Below, one piece after another: positions 60,607-64,000 of a stretch of DNA of 64,000 bases. Origin of the DNA: Neodothiora populina (taxonomy: Eukaryota); assembly GCF_041146345.1 (NCBI RefSeq), contig NW_027191410.1, positions 186,001 through 250,000 of the forward strand. Direction: 5' to 3'. Made by a program: the position numbers and the translations under genes. Under the pieces are notes generated by a model. It was not told the DNA's origin. It saw only the letters and a program-made list of their open reading frames with translations, and made no database searches. The stretch's first letter is position 1. The number at the start of each line of letters is the position of its first letter.

Positions 60607-61376
60607 TTATTGCGCAGCCTTCCACTTCTTTACCCTCCTCTTCAAGTCTCCAACAGTCTGCTGCATAGGGTTCATCTTCATATCACGGCTCATGGCGAGA
60701 TAGTCCTCTCCGTGCTTCTCTACCAGGCTCTGAATCCACTCGCTCTCTCGCTCGCTAGGCTTTCGGGGTTTCTTGTCTGCGGGTCTTGCAGCGACTGCTT
60801 CCAGTTCTCTGACCACGGCCGTCTTGCCATCGCCTGAAGGGATCGAAGCCTCAACCACGCCGTGTTCGTTCGCAAAGCCTCGCCATTCGGTGCCATCCTC
60901 GTCTTCATCGTCGTCATCCAGGTCGTTGAGAGGGTCATTCAGAGGATTGGGCTTCTTGTTGTTTTCGTCTATGACTCGTAGAATCGCACCGGTCTCGGGG
61001 TCGCGCTCAATGCGCACCTCGGAGACATCGAGCATTTTCGGTATCTTGGTGTGAATGCTCAGCTTGTCGGCTGATTTGTTTTGTTCTCCATCTTCGAGCA
61101 TCGCTGTCGTCTTCTCTGTGCCTCCGGTCGCTGCATTTAATTTATGGGCGAGACCGAGACGGCGGTAGTTTTGTGTAAGAGTCTCCTTCTGGTTCCTGAT
61201 TTAATCATTAGCTACTCGTGACAGAAAATGCGTCAGGACGTCTTCTTGATGTTTTTTTATGCCTACCAGTTGGCTGCAATGATTGCATTGTTCAAAATCT
61301 TCTTCTTGGACTTTGGCTTTTGGCGTACTTTGGACACCGACGAGCGGTTCTTTTTCTTCTGTAATTCTCGACCCAT
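60607..61376 (-). CDS. NOP16: Nucleolar protein 16
   Basis: MGRELQKKKNRSS..IAANW|NQKETLTQNYRRLGL..LVEKHGEDYLAMSRDMKMNPMQQT. Confidence 0.93.
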
Positions 61377-62076
61377 CTTGGTTTTTGTTCTGGTTGATAA
61401 CAAAATGAATCGGGATCAGATAAATTTCTTAGAGATTGTAAATCTTCAAAAGCGGAACTTCTCCGATCGATTGCCAAGAGCTTCCCCGTACTTTGTACAA
61501 TGGGTCTCTGCGCCTTGCAACAGTCTCCTTTTATTCATTGCCTGGACAAACCCCGCCGCCGACATACCTTGCCTTATACAAGTACAGCGCACATCCAAAC
61601 AGGAATATGGTCAACCTGTCGAATGTGCACATAGAACCAGATCCACATTACTCAGATATATCCAGGCGCTGCTCTATTGAGCACTCTGTAGTCCTTCGGA
61701 CATGTTAGAATCAAGTTGAAAGTAGGTACCTCTATCGTTGATCCCGCGCTAGCAGATTCAAGGCATCGGGCGATGGCGCCGTGATATGTACCTCGAATGA
61801 GAGAAAATGTACCAAAGAGTCTATAGATATCCTCACTATGATACGACTTCTTGTGAAGGCCACATAGTTTGGTGGTATCAATGACAGGAAGTTCTTGGCA
61901 TTGACCTCTGAGGCTCGATCCCCCGCATTGTCGCCCATGAAATTTAGAATATTTATTGTAATTATGAGCGCTCTAGAGACTCAAATAGTCCCAAATACAT
62001 TACCGCACCACACCATCTCACTTCTTCACTCGCAGCACTGTGAAGTCGCCGCCGCATCGCATTACGGACATCAACC

Positions 62077-63144
<1,068 letters not shown>

Positions 63145-63236
63145 GGTTGAGGACATGTCACAGCGTTGCCCAGCTCTCACCTCATGAATCAACAGGCTCG
63201 ACGCTCTATAGGTTATAACCCTTGATATTAGTCCCC

Positions 63237-64000
63237 TCACATATCCACGCCGGTTCTGATTGCGCCAACACCCTGTGGCGCTCTCTGAGGGTCCGCAATG
63301 CCTTGCTTTTCTGCATGTTTGCTGATCCTGACGAGTTCCTCGACCATGTCATCGCGTACTCTCTTCATGAGGCTGTCCACATCGTCCTTGGTGAGACCTT
63401 TCGTTTTGACAGGCTTCAATACGGAGACGGGGATGCTTCCAGAGTTGAAGACTTGCCTCTTAACGTCCAGGACATTGCTGTAGTTGGCTACGACAACGGG
63501 TACGATGGGGACCTGAGCTTGAATGGCGAGATGGAAAGCCCCCTTCTTGAAGGGAAGAAGAGTAGGCGTGCTGGCGTAGGATCGAGTGCCTTCAGGGAAA
63601 ATGTAGACCGACTGTTGTTCATTGTGCATGGTGTCGGCTGCCTGTGACATGGCTGCCACGGCGTCACTTCTTGACGAACGATTGATGAAGACGGTCTTGG
63701 ATAGGGTCACTGATACGAGGAAGGGAGTCAGAGGGTGTGCGGAAAGAGCAGACCTGGATTTCGTATACAGGAAAAGGAATACAACTTACTGAATTGTCCT
63801 AAAAAGGGAACCCACTTGAGACTGCTCTTTGCCATGACTGAACAGTATGGGGGAAAGATAGCTCCCAGCATCAATACATCAAGTTCACTGTCAGTCCTTA
63901 GATCAGTATCCTCTAAAGACGCCACAGCGACACGACTACTCACGTCTGATGATTGCCAACAATAACCCCCGGTCTGACCTTGAGTCCTCCAAATTTGTCG
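63237..64000 (-). CDS. SLC1: 1-acyl-sn-glycerol-3-phosphate acyltransferase, 5' part outside window
   Basis: GNHQT|ELD (NHxxxxD), FINR, IFPEGTRS, PFKKGAF. Confidence 0.93.

Overview
This is a eukaryotic window from a filamentous ascomycete. The short GT-AG introns with CTRAC branch points and the protein families suggest Pezizomycotina, possibly a Eurotiomycete black yeast, though the taxon is inference. It is very gene-dense, with about 46 loci in 64 kb, nearly all short conserved housekeeping genes: PGS1, NAS2, EMC4, COX19, ALG6, DUG1, SAP30, LYS5/npgA, RTR1, SSN8, TRM9, PHS1, SND2, CTP1, HOM2, SMD2, MRPL24, FMN1, SPF27, RRP1, DFR1, APC11, HMG-CoA lyase, NCS6, PCC1, NOP16, TRM8, SLC1 and others. 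I assembled the gene models by hand across introns. I found no tRNA, rRNA or CRISPR array. The main observations are: (1) APC11 appears to need a non-canonical AT...AA intron, and there is also a GT...TG intron in a DUF423 gene and a GC-AG intron in SAP30; (2) a solitary Ty1/copia gag gene has its CCHC zinc knuckle cut off by an exact 11-bp tandem duplication; (3) a decaying secreted gene resembles group XII phospholipase A2; (4) a TACWGTA motif recurs in intergenic DNA; (5) DUG1 and a CMD/AhpD protein carry in-frame upstream extensions that look like mitochondrial presequences.
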